A DNA stretch of 45,918 nucleotides from an uncultured Gammaproteobacteria bacterium (GCA_964469915.1 CAYXZT010000002.1:1-45918); one strand, 5' to 3'; positions 31,913 through 43,047 are shown, counted from the stretch's first letter. The notes: a model not told the origin generated them from the sequence alone. Translations and numbers: made by a program.

Positions 31913-33208
31913 TTAATTAGTAAGGGCCCTGTTTAGGTTTCTATAATCCTCTTCTTGTGAAGGATTTTCTTTTCTTAGCTCAGCAATTTTTTTACACGCA
32001 TGAAGAACAGTGGTGTGGTCTCTGCCGTTAAAAGCCTCGCCTATTTCTGGCAGGCTGTGGTTTGTTAATTCTTTTGTTAAAGCCATTGCAAGCTGCCTAG
32101 GTCTTGTAATGGACCTGCTTCTTCTTTTAGATAAAAGGTCAGAAAGCTTAATATTGTAATATTCAGCAACTGTTTTTTGTATGTTTTCTATACTGACCAT
32201 TTTTGCAGATATAACAAAGAGATCTTTAAGCGCATCTTTTACTAGGGCTAAATCTACAGGCTGGTTTGTAAATCTTGCGTTTGCAATCACCCTTTTCAAG
32301 GCTCCTTCAAGCTCTCTAATATTAGAGCGTATTCTTTGTGCAATGTAAATTGCGCAATCATTTGGCATCTCTACACCCATAGATGAGGCTTTTTGAAGTA
32401 ATACTGCTGCCCTTGTTTCTAATTCTGGTGGGTCTATTACAACAGGAAGGCCCCAGCCCAGTCTTGACTTAAGTCTTTCCTCTAAACCATCTATTTCTTT
32501 GGGGTATTTATCACAAGTCAAGATCATTTGATTATTTCTATCCAATAAGGCATTAAATGTATGGAAAAACTCCTCTTGGGACTGCTCTTTTCCTGCAAAA
32601 AACTGTATATCGTCGATAAGAAGTGCGTCTGCATTTCTATAAAATGACTTAAACTCATTCATTGCGCCGAGCTGAAGTGCTTTTACCATGTCTGAAACGA
32701 ACTTCTCTGAATGGACATATACTATTCTTTTTCCTGGCTCGTTTTTAAGTATCTCATTGCCCACAGCGTGCATTAAATGGGTCTTTCCAAGACCAACGCC
32801 CCCATAAATAAAGAGAGGGTTATAGTCACCTTTTGGGTTTGAAGCAACCTGTTTTGACGCTGCTAACGCAAGGTGGTTAGACTTACCTTCGACAAATGTC
32901 TCAAAAACATATGAAGGAACAAGCTTTGTATCCTCTGACTTGCTTTGATTTTTATATTTATCGACAAATGTTTCTTTTGTATGTGTTTTGAAGACAAGGC
33001 ATATATCTTTCTTTGACTGTGTTTTAACCATTTGGGTTATTTCTTCAGCAAGATTGGTTTCTACATAGTTAAGAATAAAATCATTAGGGGCCACCAACTC
33101 TAGTGTGTTTTCACTCAAACTAGCTTTTAAAGGTCTGATCCAGGTGTTAAAGTCATCCTGCGATAGTTTATTTTCTAGTCTTTCTGAGCATTTATTCCAA
33201 AATTCCAA
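31913..33208 (-). CDS. dnaA: Chromosomal replication initiator protein DnaA
   Basis: 431 aa with AAA+ motifs ([31 protein letters not shown]) and the domain IV signature ([14 protein letters not shown]). The start is TTG at 33208, preceded by GAGGAG with a 6-nt spacer. Confidence 0.97.
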   Translation of the reverse strand: MEFWNKCSERLENKLSQDDFNTWIRPLKASLSENTLELVAPNDFILNYVETNLAEEITQMVKTQSKKDICLVFKTHTKETFVDKYKNQSKSEDTKLVPSYVFETFVEGKSNHLALAASKQVASNPKGDYNPLFIYGGVGLGKTHLMHAVGNEILKNEPGKRIVYVHSEKFVSDMVKALQLGAMNEFKSFYRNADALLIDDIQFFAGKEQSQEEFFHTFNALLDRNNQMILTCDKYPKEIDGLEERLKSRLGWGLPVVIDPPELETRAAVLLQKASSMGVEMPNDCAIYIAQRIRSNIRELEGALKRVIANARFTNQPVDLALVKDALKDLFVISAKMVSIENIQKTVAEYYNIKLSDLLSKRRSRSITRPRQLAMALTKELTNHSLPEIGEAFNGRDHTTVLHACKKIAELRKENPSQEEDYRNLNRALTN

Positions 33209-33285
33209 TCTCTTCTCCTCTTGTGTGATTGTCTAGTCTATTAAAAAATACACAAGATATCTACAGAATAACTTTATGAATTTTC

Positions 33286-33294
33286 TGTGGATAA
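33286..33294 (-). promoter_or_regulatory. Perfect DnaA box (TTATCCACA on the minus strand) in the dnaA-rpmH intergenic region
   Basis: The + strand reads TGTGGATAA at 33286-33294, an exact reverse complement of the 9-mer consensus. It lies 78 bp upstream of the dnaA start. Weaker relatives are TGTGAATTA (33343-33351) and TGTGAAAAC (33334-33342). Confidence 0.7.
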
Positions 33295-33295
33295 C

Positions 33296-33340
33296 TTGTT
33301 TATATAAATTAATTTTATGTTTTTATATATATTTGTGAAA
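33296..33340. other. AT-rich tract next to the DnaA box (candidate DNA-unwinding element of a Pseudomonas-type oriC)
   Basis: The sequence ttgtttatataaattaattttatgtttttatatatatttgtgaaa contains very few G or C. It lies between divergently transcribed dnaA and rpmH, where Pseudomonas oriC is located. Confidence 0.35.
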
Positions 33341-33363
33341 ACTGTGAATTATTGGGCTATAAT
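33333..33363 (+). promoter_or_regulatory. Candidate sigma70-type promoter of rpmH-rnpA
   Basis: TTGTGA (33333-33338) and TATAAT (33358-33363) are separated by a somewhat long 19-nt spacer. The -10 element lies 30 nt before the rpmH ATG. Confidence 0.35.
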
Positions 33364-33392
33364 GCGCCACTAATTTTTTTAGGCGGTGAATT

Positions 33393-33527
33393 ATGAAAAG
33401 AACGTTTCAACCAAGTACGTTAAAAAGAAGCAGAACTCATGGCTTCAGAGCAAGAATGGCGACTAAAGCAGGTAGGGCTATTCTGTCTGCTAGGCGAAAA
33501 AAGGGGCGTAAGGTCTTAACTGCTTAA
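33393..33527 (+). CDS. rpmH: 50S ribosomal protein L34
   Basis: Not in the supplied track because it is too short. My translation is [44 protein letters not shown], a canonical 44-aa L34. A GGCGGTGA Shine-Dalgarno-like element lies just upstream. Confidence 0.95.
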   Translation: MKRTFQPSTLKRSRTHGFRARMATKAGRAILSARRKKGRKVLTA

Positions 33528-33539
33528 GCTGTTTTAAAC

Positions 33540-33827
33540 TTGGCTTATTCAAAGCTTCCAAAACACTTTCATTCATCAAGGCGATTAAGAATTTTTTTTG
33601 TTGAGGGAGATCCTGACAACCTAAGAGTTTCAATCTCTAAAAGAAATTTTAAGCTTGCTGTTGACCGCAATAAAATAAAAAGACAAATAAAAGAAACATT
33701 TCGAACCAACAACCTGTTCTCAGAAAAAGGCTGTTTTGTTGTTATTGTCTATAAAGATTATTTTAATGATGCGGGCGAGAGCCCTTCTGTTGAAATCATT
33801 AAGGCTGTAGAATCATCAAACCACTAA
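33540..33827 (+). CDS. rnpA: Ribonuclease P protein component (short, 95 aa)
   Basis: TTG start 12 nt after rpmH. It carries the RNR-type motif (KLAVDRNKIKRQIKETFR) and sits between rpmH and yidC. Confidence 0.8.
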   Translation: MAYSKLPKHFHSSRRLRIFFVEGDPDNLRVSISKRNFKLAVDRNKIKRQIKETFRTNNLFSEKGCFVVIVYKDYFNDAGESPSVEIIKAVESSNH

Positions 33828-33839
33828 CGGATAATAAAA

Positions 33840-35393
33840 ATGAACATAAGAAAAATTTATTTAGCAATTATATTTGTTTTATCAGCATCGCTTTTTTATC
33901 AATGGAATGCTGAGAACAGGGTCCTCTCTCAGGCTGAACACTTAAATCTTGCAGAACAAGAAAATCTTGTTGGGGCTGTTACAGATGATGGTCTTTATGC
34001 CTATATAGAAAATGACTTATTAAGAATAAAAGTTGCCATTGCTTCGGGTGCTCTTGTTGAGTCAAGGTTAAAAAAATATGGTGTTGAAAATATTCCTGGT
34101 TCAATAGGGGTTAGAGTTTTTGGATCGGACGATAGTGGTTTTTTCAAATATTATTTTAAGTCAGGTTTTACTGGTGAAAAAACAAACTATAGGCTTTTGT
34201 CTTATGGTGATGGTTTTATAACTCTTTATGATAATGAGTTAAAAATAAAGAAAGAGATCTCTTTTTTACCCGAAACATATGAGGTCCAAATTAGAGATAC
34301 TGCTGAGAATGGCAGCTATGGCAAGGCTTTTGCATCCTTATACAGAACTGAAGGCAGATCGCTAGATTTAAAAACAGCTGTGACTGAGGGTGGTATGATG
34401 AACAACAGTTCATATCAGGCTGTTGCCTTCAGCACAAATGACGACCCTTATGAAACACAAAGGCTGAGAAAAATTGATGAGAAAATATCATATTTATCCA
34501 GGGGTGGTTGGGTCTCATTTATTCAAAAATATTTTTTTGCTGCTGTAATTGGGTCTGATGATTTTGTATATAACTATTTTGCACAAAAAGGGGATGCTGG
34601 CATTTATAGCATGGGCTATACGGTTGAAAAGGGCGACGCGCAAAACCTTGTAGAGTCACATTCACATAGGTTGTTTGTTGGTCCAAAGATACGCAAGGAC
34701 TTAGAAAAAAGGGCTGACAATCTTGAGCTTTCGATTGATATGGGTTGGTTTTGGTTTGTGTCACAGCCAATGGTCATAGTCTTAGACTTTATAAATGGTT
34801 ATGTTGGTAACTGGGGATTGTCTATTGTTGTTTTCACCCTTCTATTAAAACTTATTTTGTTTCCTGTTACGGCAAAAGGGTTTGTGTCGATGGGTAATAT
34901 GAGAAGAGTGATGCCAAAAATGAAAGAGTTGCAAGAAAGATATGCAAACGATAAACAAAAGCTTAGCCAAGAAATGATGGCGCTTTATAAAAAAGAGGGT
35001 GCAAATCCGCTCGGTGGGTGTCTGCCCATGCTTGCACAAATGCCGTTTTTTATTGGCTTCTTTTTTGCACTAAGGGAAATGGTAGAGTTGAGGTTTGCTG
35101 ATTTTGGTTTATGGATAACAGACCTTTCGGTACCAGACCCCTTGTTTATTCTTCCTGTGGTGTTTGGTCTTGTTATGGTATTAACACAAAGGCTTAATCC
35201 TCAACCTCCAACCACAGACCCAATGCAGGCTCAAATTATGAAAACTATGCCTATTATGTTTGCAGTGTTTTTTGTAATTTTTCCAGCCGGTTTGTGTTTG
35301 TATTCTGTGGTTAACGCTGGTGTTTCACTGGTTCAACAAAGGTATCTGTATAAGAAGCTGGGTGTTTTAGATGCTGCGAATATTAAAAGTTAA
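33840..35393 (+). CDS. yidC: Membrane protein insertase YidC
   Basis: 517 aa with an N-terminal TM, a large periplasmic domain, and the conserved C-terminal 5-TM core (GLSIVVFTLLLKLILFP, YKKEGANPLGGCLPMLAQMPFF). Confidence 0.95.
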   Translation: MNIRKIYLAIIFVLSASLFYQWNAENRVLSQAEHLNLAEQENLVGAVTDDGLYAYIENDLLRIKVAIASGALVESRLKKYGVENIPGSIGVRVFGSDDSGFFKYYFKSGFTGEKTNYRLLSYGDGFITLYDNELKIKKEISFLPETYEVQIRDTAENGSYGKAFASLYRTEGRSLDLKTAVTEGGMMNNSSYQAVAFSTNDDPYETQRLRKIDEKISYLSRGGWVSFIQKYFFAAVIGSDDFVYNYFAQKGDAGIYSMGYTVEKGDAQNLVESHSHRLFVGPKIRKDLEKRADNLELSIDMGWFWFVSQPMVIVLDFINGYVGNWGLSIVVFTLLLKLILFPVTAKGFVSMGNMRRVMPKMKELQERYANDKQKLSQEMMALYKKEGANPLGGCLPMLAQMPFFIGFFFALREMVELRFADFGLWITDLSVPDPLFILPVVFGLVMVLTQRLNPQPPTTDPMQAQIMKTMPIMFAVFFVIFPAGLCLYSVVNAGVSLVQQRYLYKKLGVLDAANIKS

Positions 35394-35407
35394 CAAGGCC
35401 TTTTAAG

Positions 35408-36718
35408 TTGTCTGTTGTATATGCGTTAGCAACACCAGCATCGAAGTCGGCGATTTGTATTTTTCGGGTGACGGGTGATGGTTGTCTTGATAGCCTCGAG
35501 AAACTTTTTGGTACCTCTGATATTCCGCCTAGGGTTTTTTCTGTGAAGCCTTTTTATAATTCTGGGCTTTTGGTAGATACTGTTGGGGTTTTGGTTTTTG
35601 CCAATGGCAGAAGCTACACGGGCGAGGACTCTTTTGAAGTTCATGCGCATGGTGGTCTAGGGGTTATGGCTCTTATATCAGAAGCGTTGGATAGTGTTGG
35701 TTTTGATGAGGCCCAGCCTGGAGAGTTTACGAAGAGAGCTTTTATTAATGAAAAAATAGGTTTAAATGAGGCAGAGGCTGTTCTAGACGTTATTGATAGC
35801 ACGAATGCAAATGATGTCTTGTTGTCTTCGCGCTCTTTATCTGGTGATTTTTCTAAAAAAATAAAATCTTTATCAAAAAATATAGATGATTTAAGAATGC
35901 GTGTTGAGGGAGAGATAGACTTTTCAGACGAGGGTGAGAACTTTATGGATCAAAGTGTTGTTGTTGATCTTAAGGGTTTGATATCTGAGTTTGATATGTT
36001 TGTGAATAGTTGTAAGAGCAAAAAAAGCTTGTCTGTAAAAAACAAAGTTGTTTTTGTTGGTCCTGTTAATTCAGGAAAGTCTTCAACCTTTAATAGGTTG
36101 CTTGGTTATGAGAGAGCTTTGATATCTGATAAGCCTGGTACAACTAGAGATATAATTGAGTCTGAGGTTTTTTATGAAAGCCTTTCGTTTTCTTTGTTTG
36201 ATACTGCTGGGCTTAGAGAAACCGATGACTCTATTGAAGCCAAAGGAATTGATTACACAAAAAATGAAATAACAAATGCTGATGTTGTTGTTGGTGTTTT
36301 TGATTCATCTACTGTTAATCTTGTTAACGAATTTGAATCAATTGTTGGGGATAAGCCTTTTTTAAAGGCCCTTAATAAGATTGACCTCGATTACGAAGAT
36401 TGTGAGGTTTTTGATTGCAAAATATCAGCTAAGACTGGTGAGGGTTTTGAGGACTTTAAGAAAAAAATAACAGGCTGCTTTCAAAACAGTGACGAAAAAA
36501 ATGCGACATTTCTTGTTAGGGACAGACATATTAACTTATTTGAAAGCGCTTCCTCTTCACTAAGAAAGGCGTTGATGGTTATTCAAAAAGAAGAAGGTTT
36601 GGAAATTGCAGCAGAAGAATTAAAGATGGCTCGAGAATGCCTTGATGTTGTTGTTGGTAAAAAAACATCTGATCAGTTGCTTGGTGATATTTTTAATAAC
36701 TTTTGTATTGGTAAATAA
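35408..36718 (+). CDS. mnmE: tRNA modification GTPase MnmE
   Basis: 436 aa with a TTG start. It has G-domain motifs (GPVNSGKSSTFN, DTAGLRET, NKID) and the C-terminal CIGK motif characteristic of MnmE. Confidence 0.93.
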   Translation: MSVVYALATPASKSAICIFRVTGDGCLDSLEKLFGTSDIPPRVFSVKPFYNSGLLVDTVGVLVFANGRSYTGEDSFEVHAHGGLGVMALISEALDSVGFDEAQPGEFTKRAFINEKIGLNEAEAVLDVIDSTNANDVLLSSRSLSGDFSKKIKSLSKNIDDLRMRVEGEIDFSDEGENFMDQSVVVDLKGLISEFDMFVNSCKSKKSLSVKNKVVFVGPVNSGKSSTFNRLLGYERALISDKPGTTRDIIESEVFYESLSFSLFDTAGLRETDDSIEAKGIDYTKNEITNADVVVGVFDSSTVNLVNEFESIVGDKPFLKALNKIDLDYEDCEVFDCKISAKTGEGFEDFKKKITGCFQNSDEKNATFLVRDRHINLFESASSSLRKALMVIQKEEGLEIAAEELKMARECLDVVVGKKTSDQLLGDIFNNFCIGK

Positions 36719-36930
36719 GCTGTTATTAACTTGTGTTTGTTTTTAGTACTTTTTTTTTATTAACAGGTTCATACCGGTTTTGTAACCGCTTATAAATATT
36801 GTTAAACAGCAGTTATTAAATTAGCAAAACCTATATTTTATTAAGGTTTGTGGTACTTATTAACATAAAACAAAGAACCTAATAGAAATAACAATAAGTA
36901 TATAATATAGATATTATTGATTTTAATAAC
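36693..36930. repeat. Array of TTATTAAC/TTATTAAA motifs spanning the mnmE-mnmG spacer
   Basis: Direct copies occur at 36723-36730 (TTATTAAC), 36757-36765 (TTATTAACA), 36813-36820 (TTATTAAA) and 36857-36865 (TTATTAACA, exactly 100 bp after the second copy). Inverted copies (GTTATTAA on the minus strand) occur at 36693-36700 and 36923-36930, each inside a repeated 12-mer TTTTAATAACTT. Confidence 0.5.
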
Positions 36931-36944
36931 TTAGAGATCTAGCT

Positions 36945-38792
36945 ATGAATAACTATGACGTAATTGTTGTTGGCGGAGGGCACGCTGGTGTTGAAGCGGC
37001 CCATGCTGTATTCAGGTTAGGGCTCAGGTGCGCCCTGGTTACTTTTGAAAAAAGCAAAATAGGGCAAATGTCTTGCAATCCAGCAATAGGAGGCCTTGGT
37101 AAGTCTCACATTGTAAGGGAGATAGATGCCTTGGGCGGCATCATGGCAGTTGCAACCGACATGTCTGGAATCCAGTACAGAACACTTAACACAAGAAAAG
37201 GGGATGCGGTTCAAGCACTAAGAGTTCAATGTGATAGGTTTTTGTATAAACAAGCAATACAAAATATCCTATCAAAAACAAGCATAGATATTTTTGAAGA
37301 AGAGGTTTTAGATATTCTTGTTGAAAACGATTCCGCTCAAGGGGTGATTACAAATAAGCAAAAAATTGTTGCAAAGAAAACCATTTTAACAACAGGCACT
37401 TTTCTTAATGGGGTTATGTACACAGGAAAAGAGTCTTCAAAAGGTGGGCGGGTTGGTGACCTTTCTTCAATTCCTTTGTCTGAAAAACTCTACAGTATGA
37501 ATCTTCCAATGGGCAGGCTAAAAACAGGAACACCTGCAAGGGTTAAACTTTCGAGCCTGAACCTTTCTGTAATGGAAGAACAACCAGGAGAAGAGCCCAC
37601 CCCTTTTATGTCTTTAAGAGGAGAGGTCGAAGAACACCAAAAACAACTCTCTTGTTACATAACAAGAACAAACCCGAACACCCACGAAATTATAAAGAAC
37701 AACATTCATCTATCTGCGATGTATTCAGGAAATATTGTAGGAATAGGGCCAAGGTATTGCCCATCAATAGAGGACAAGGTTCACAAGTTTAGCAACAAAG
37801 AAAGTCACCAGCTATTCATAGAACCAGAAGGAATTGGCGTTGATCTTGTCTACCCAAACGGAATATCAACAAGTCTGCCAAAAGAGGCCCAGAAAGATTT
37901 TATTGAATCTATATCAGGCATGGAAGAGTCAGAAATAGAAGAGTATGGGTATGCTGTAGAATATGATTTTATTGATCCGAGATCTTTAAAGCAAACTCTT
38001 GAAACAAAGTTTTTAGAAGGCTTTTATCTAGCGGGGCAAATCAACGGAACAACCGGGTATGAAGAGGCCGCTGCCCAAGGCTTGATAGCAGGAGTAAACG
38101 CAGCAAGAGAAATTAAAAAAGAGTCAAAATTTATCCTAGAAAGAGGTGAGGCATATATAGGTGTTTTGGTTGATGACTTGATAACTCATGGAATAACAGA
38201 GCCATACAGAATGTTTACTAGCAGGGCTGAACACAGATTACTATTATCACAAAATAATGCCGAACAAAGATTGCTTGAAAAAGGCTATTTATTTGGACTG
38301 GTTTCAAAAAAAGATTACGAGAGATATATTGAAAGAGAAAAAACATACAACGAATTCCTTAAAACAGTGCTTGAAAAAACCAAGCTTAAAGAATTCATAG
38401 ACAAAGAAAACAAAACAGTAAAACTAGACGAAAAAAGAAGCATATCCCAACTCTTAACAAGGCCCGACATCGATGAAACCAAAATCATCAAACTCAAACC
38501 CGAGCAAAAAGAGCTATTTAAAAGAGCATCAACAGAAATAAAATACAAAGGATATATTGAAAAACAGCTTAGAGAAGTAAACAAAAACAGAAAACAAAAC
38601 AACAAAAAAATACCTGAAGACCTTGATTATAATAAGATCAGCGGACTTTCAAACGAGGTTGTAGAAAAGCTTTCTAAAACAAAACCTGAAACAATAGGAT
38701 CTGCCTCAAGAATTGAAGGCATTACGCCAGCTGCAATAAACCTAATACTAGTAAGCATTAAGAAGAACGAGCTAATAAAAGCTGATGCATGA
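36945..38792 (+). CDS. mnmG: tRNA uridine 5-carboxymethylaminomethyl modification enzyme MnmG (GidA)
   Basis: 615 aa with the FAD fingerprint [16 protein letters not shown] and MnmG motifs ([38 protein letters not shown]). Confidence 0.97.
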   Translation: MNNYDVIVVGGGHAGVEAAHAVFRLGLRCALVTFEKSKIGQMSCNPAIGGLGKSHIVREIDALGGIMAVATDMSGIQYRTLNTRKGDAVQALRVQCDRFLYKQAIQNILSKTSIDIFEEEVLDILVENDSAQGVITNKQKIVAKKTILTTGTFLNGVMYTGKESSKGGRVGDLSSIPLSEKLYSMNLPMGRLKTGTPARVKLSSLNLSVMEEQPGEEPTPFMSLRGEVEEHQKQLSCYITRTNPNTHEIIKNNIHLSAMYSGNIVGIGPRYCPSIEDKVHKFSNKESHQLFIEPEGIGVDLVYPNGISTSLPKEAQKDFIESISGMEESEIEEYGYAVEYDFIDPRSLKQTLETKFLEGFYLAGQINGTTGYEEAAAQGLIAGVNAAREIKKESKFILERGEAYIGVLVDDLITHGITEPYRMFTSRAEHRLLLSQNNAEQRLLEKGYLFGLVSKKDYERYIEREKTYNEFLKTVLEKTKLKEFIDKENKTVKLDEKRSISQLLTRPDIDETKIIKLKPEQKELFKRASTEIKYKGYIEKQLREVNKNRKQNNKKIPEDLDYNKISGLSNEVVEKLSKTKPETIGSASRIEGITPAAINLILVSIKKNELIKADA

Positions 38793-39408
38793 CAACTATA
38801 TAAATCTATTAACAGATTTTGATAATGCAATATCAAAAAACCAAGCAACTCAAATAAACACATTTGTTGACAGCGCTCTTGAGTTCAACAAAAAACACAA
38901 CATATTTGTGCGCAGCAACAAAGAGGAGGTTTTTGAAAAAGATATCTTTGACTGCCTTCCCCTAATAAAAAACATAGACGAAAAGGACAAAATACTTGAT
39001 CTTGGTTCGGGTGGCGGCTTTCCAGGGATTTTAATAGGAATTCTAAAACCACAAGCACAAACACGTCTCTTAGAAAAAAACCAAAAGAAGTGTTACTTTT
39101 TAAACAAAATGAAAGACCTTCTGAGTCTAACAAATACGAAAATTATCAAAACAACACTAAACAACAAAAACAACCTAGGACAATTTAGCCTTATCACAGC
39201 AAGAGCCTTTTCTTCAACAGACAATATTTTAAAACTAACTGCCAACAACCTATCTGGAGGTGGAAGATACACCTTGCTCAAAGGGAAGAAAGAGAAAATT
39301 TTAGAAGAAATAAAATCTCTAAACACAAACAAATATAAGTATGAAATAATCAAGATTGAAAACAAAAACAGCGAAAGGCATTTTTTACAAATAAGAGTTA
39401 ATGAATAA
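38785..39408 (+). CDS. rsmG: 16S rRNA (guanine527-N7)-methyltransferase RsmG (GidB)
   Basis: 207 aa with a SAM-binding motif ([17 protein letters not shown]) and ITARAF. Its ATG overlaps the mnmG stop by 8 nt. Confidence 0.88.
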   Translation: MHDNYINLLTDFDNAISKNQATQINTFVDSALEFNKKHNIFVRSNKEEVFEKDIFDCLPLIKNIDEKDKILDLGSGGGFPGILIGILKPQAQTRLLEKNQKKCYFLNKMKDLLSLTNTKIIKTTLNNKNNLGQFSLITARAFSSTDNILKLTANNLSGGGRYTLLKGKKEKILEEIKSLNTNKYKYEIIKIENKNSERHFLQIRVNE

Positions 39409-40162
39409 AGTTTTAGCTATAGCAAATCAAAAAGGGGGTGTCGGCAAAACAACAACGGCCGTCAACCTTGCAGCAAGCCTGTGTGCAACAAAGAGAAAGG
39501 TTTTGTTAATTGATCTCGACCCTCAAGGAAATGCAACTACGGCAGCAGGCCTCACAGAAAAAAACCCTAACACCCTGTACAACCTGTTTTTTGAAAACAA
39601 AGAAATAGCACAGTGTATTTACAGATCTACAGACGGGTACGATGTTCTTCCTGGCGGACAAGAGCTTATAGCCCTTGAAGTTGGAATAAGAGAAGATAAT
39701 AAACAAGCCTTTTTAACAAAAAGCTTAGAAGTTTTAAAAGAAGAATACGATTACACAATAATAGACACACCTCCGACACTAAACCAACTAACCATAGAGG
39801 CGCTATTTGCAGCCTCTGGAACACTTATTCCTCTTCAGTGTGAGTATTATTCACTAGAAGGTGTAACAGGGCTAATGGAGACAATCCAGTCACTTTCTGA
39901 TAAAAACTTATCTAACAACAGGGTTATAGGAATAGTCAGAACCATGGTAGACATGAGAAACAATTTAGCAAAAGAGGTTTCTGATGAGCTTGAAGCTCAT
40001 TTTTCTAACCTTGTTTTTAATACTCTAATACCAAGAAATATTAAACTTGCAGAAGCGCCAAGTCATGGAATATCCGGGGTTAAATATATGCCAAGTTCAT
40101 ATGGGGCAAAGGCGTACCTAGCGCTTGCTGGAGAGTTAATAAGGAAGGTTGAGTATGTCTGA
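39401..40162 (+). CDS. parA: Chromosome partitioning ATPase ParA (Soj)
   Basis: 253 aa with the deviant Walker A motif (ANQKGGVGKTTT), and DLDPQGNAT and IIDTPP motifs. Confidence 0.93.
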   Translation: MNKVLAIANQKGGVGKTTTAVNLAASLCATKRKVLLIDLDPQGNATTAAGLTEKNPNTLYNLFFENKEIAQCIYRSTDGYDVLPGGQELIALEVGIREDNKQAFLTKSLEVLKEEYDYTIIDTPPTLNQLTIEALFAASGTLIPLQCEYYSLEGVTGLMETIQSLSDKNLSNNRVIGIVRTMVDMRNNLAKEVSDELEAHFSNLVFNTLIPRNIKLAEAPSHGISGVKYMPSSYGAKAYLALAGELIRKVEYV

Positions 40163-41006
40163 AGATGGAAAAATTTTAAACAGAGGTCTTGATGCGCTCT
40201 TGGGTTCATCCAAGTCAACAAACCAAAGAACAATTAAAGATGTTGAGGTTTCTTCTATAAATGCTGGCAGGTTTCAACCTAGGGCAAATTTTGACGAAGA
40301 AAAGCTTCTTGAGCTAACCGATTCAATTAAAAATCACGGAGTACTCTCTCCAATCTTGGTTAGGGAGCTTGGTTTAAACAAATATGAAGTAATTGCTGGT
40401 GAAAGAAGGTTAAGAGCAACCAAGAAGGCCGGCCTAAAAACAATACCGTGTTTGGTTGACCAAAAAAAAGATCAAGACGCTCTCGAATCAGCATTAATAG
40501 AAAACCTTCAAAGAGAAGATTTAAATGCTGTTGAGGAGGCGCGAGGATACGACAGGCTAAAGAGAGAGTTTGGCCTTACACAAGACGAAGTGGCAACATC
40601 AACAGGGAAAGCTAGAAGCACAATAGCAAATTCACTTAGGCTTTTATCTCTACCAGCAAAGGTTTTAGACCTTCTATCTTCAGGGCAAATAGAAAAAGGA
40701 CATGCTAAGTTGTTGGCATCGCTTGAGCCGAAAGACGCTGAGCAAGCAGCTGAAAATATAATAAAAAACAAACTTACAGTTAAAGACCTTAGCAACATAT
40801 CAAGTAAGAAAAAAAACACCGGAAGCAATAAAAAAAGCAAAGACACCGACTTATTAAACATTGAACAGGACATGTCAGAAGCTTTTGGTCATAAAGTAGA
40901 AATAGAAGCAAAAAACAAAAAAAACGGTAAAGTGACTATCGCCTACAACACATCTAATGAACTGGAAGACATCATCTCTAAACTAATTGATGGAAGAAGA
41001 AATTAA
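40155..41006 (+). CDS. parB: Chromosome partitioning protein ParB (Spo0J)
   Basis: ParB box (LSPILVR ... YEVIAGERRLRA) and an HTH region (LTQDEVATSTGKARSTIANSLRLL). I prefer the ATG at 40155, which is preceded by AAGGAAGG and overlaps the parA stop by 8 nt. The track uses the upstream in-frame TTG at 40149. Confidence 0.92.
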   Translation: MSEDGKILNRGLDALLGSSKSTNQRTIKDVEVSSINAGRFQPRANFDEEKLLELTDSIKNHGVLSPILVRELGLNKYEVIAGERRLRATKKAGLKTIPCLVDQKKDQDALESALIENLQREDLNAVEEARGYDRLKREFGLTQDEVATSTGKARSTIANSLRLLSLPAKVLDLLSSGQIEKGHAKLLASLEPKDAEQAAENIIKNKLTVKDLSNISSKKKNTGSNKKSKDTDLLNIEQDMSEAFGHKVEIEAKNKKNGKVTIAYNTSNELEDIISKLIDGRRN

Positions 41007-41018
41007 TTTGAAAACAAC

Positions 41019-41048
41019 TTGTTTATAGGGCTATAAATTTCTATAATT
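41019..41048 (+). promoter_or_regulatory. Candidate sigma70-type promoter of the atp operon
   Basis: TTGTTT (41019-41024) and TATAAT (41043-41048) are separated by an 18-nt spacer, in the 76-bp parB-atpI gap. Confidence 0.3.
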
Positions 41049-41082
41049 CCCGCCATTACATTAATACAAAAACACAAATCTT

Positions 41083-42565
<1,483 letters not shown>

Positions 42566-42576
42566 AAATTTAAAGA

Positions 42577-43047
42577 ATGAATATAAACGCAACCTTACTT
42601 GCCCAAGCAGTCGTGATGATTGTATTTGTAGCTATATGCTGGAAATATGTTTATCCGCCTATCTTGGAAGTTATGCAAGAAAGAGAAAAAAAGATATCCG
42701 ATGGGCTTGAGGCTGCAAAGAAAGCAGATGACTCTCTTGAAGAGGCAAAGTTAGCATTTGATAAAGAGATGGCTCAAGCTAAAACAGAGGCAGCAGAGAT
42801 CCTTAAAAAAGCAAATGCCAGAGCATCACAGATAGTTGGAGATGCCTCAACAAAAGCAGAAGAAGAGGCAGATAAGATCATGACATCAGCAGCAACCTCT
42901 GTTGAGAACGAAACCAACAAAGCAAAAGAAGAGTTGAGACAGCAAATGTCTGACATCATTATAGACACAACTCAAAAAATCCTTGGAGATGAAATATCTC
43001 CTGAAAAACATGATGCTATCTTAAAAAAAGCAGCAGAGGATTTATAA
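42577..43047 (+). CDS. atpF: F0F1 ATP synthase subunit b
   Basis: 156 aa with an N-terminal TM followed by a long charged Ala/Glu/Lys helix, located between atpE and atpH. Confidence 0.9.
   Translation: MNINATLLAQAVVMIVFVAICWKYVYPPILEVMQEREKKISDGLEAAKKADDSLEEAKLAFDKEMAQAKTEAAEILKKANARASQIVGDASTKAEEEADKIMTSAATSVENETNKAKEELRQQMSDIIIDTTQKILGDEISPEKHDAILKKAAEDL

Noticed and set aside
36719-36944. Enterobacterial-style oriC features (GATC cluster, GATCTnTTTATTT 13-mers) upstream of mnmG
   Set aside because: There is only a single GATC (36936-36939), no 13-mer repeats and no perfect DnaA box. If this spacer is an origin, it is not of the Dam/SeqA-regulated E. coli type.
38315-40873. Series of minus-strand ORFs (38315-38605, 38627-38863, 38885-39133, 39093-39365, 39506-39706, 40508-40873) antisense to mnmG, rsmG, parA and parB
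   Set aside because: The sense strand here is A+C-rich, so the antisense strand is poor in A and therefore poor in stop codons. The predicted peptides are low-complexity Leu/Phe/Ser strings with no recognisable motifs. They lie wholly inside well-supported genes.
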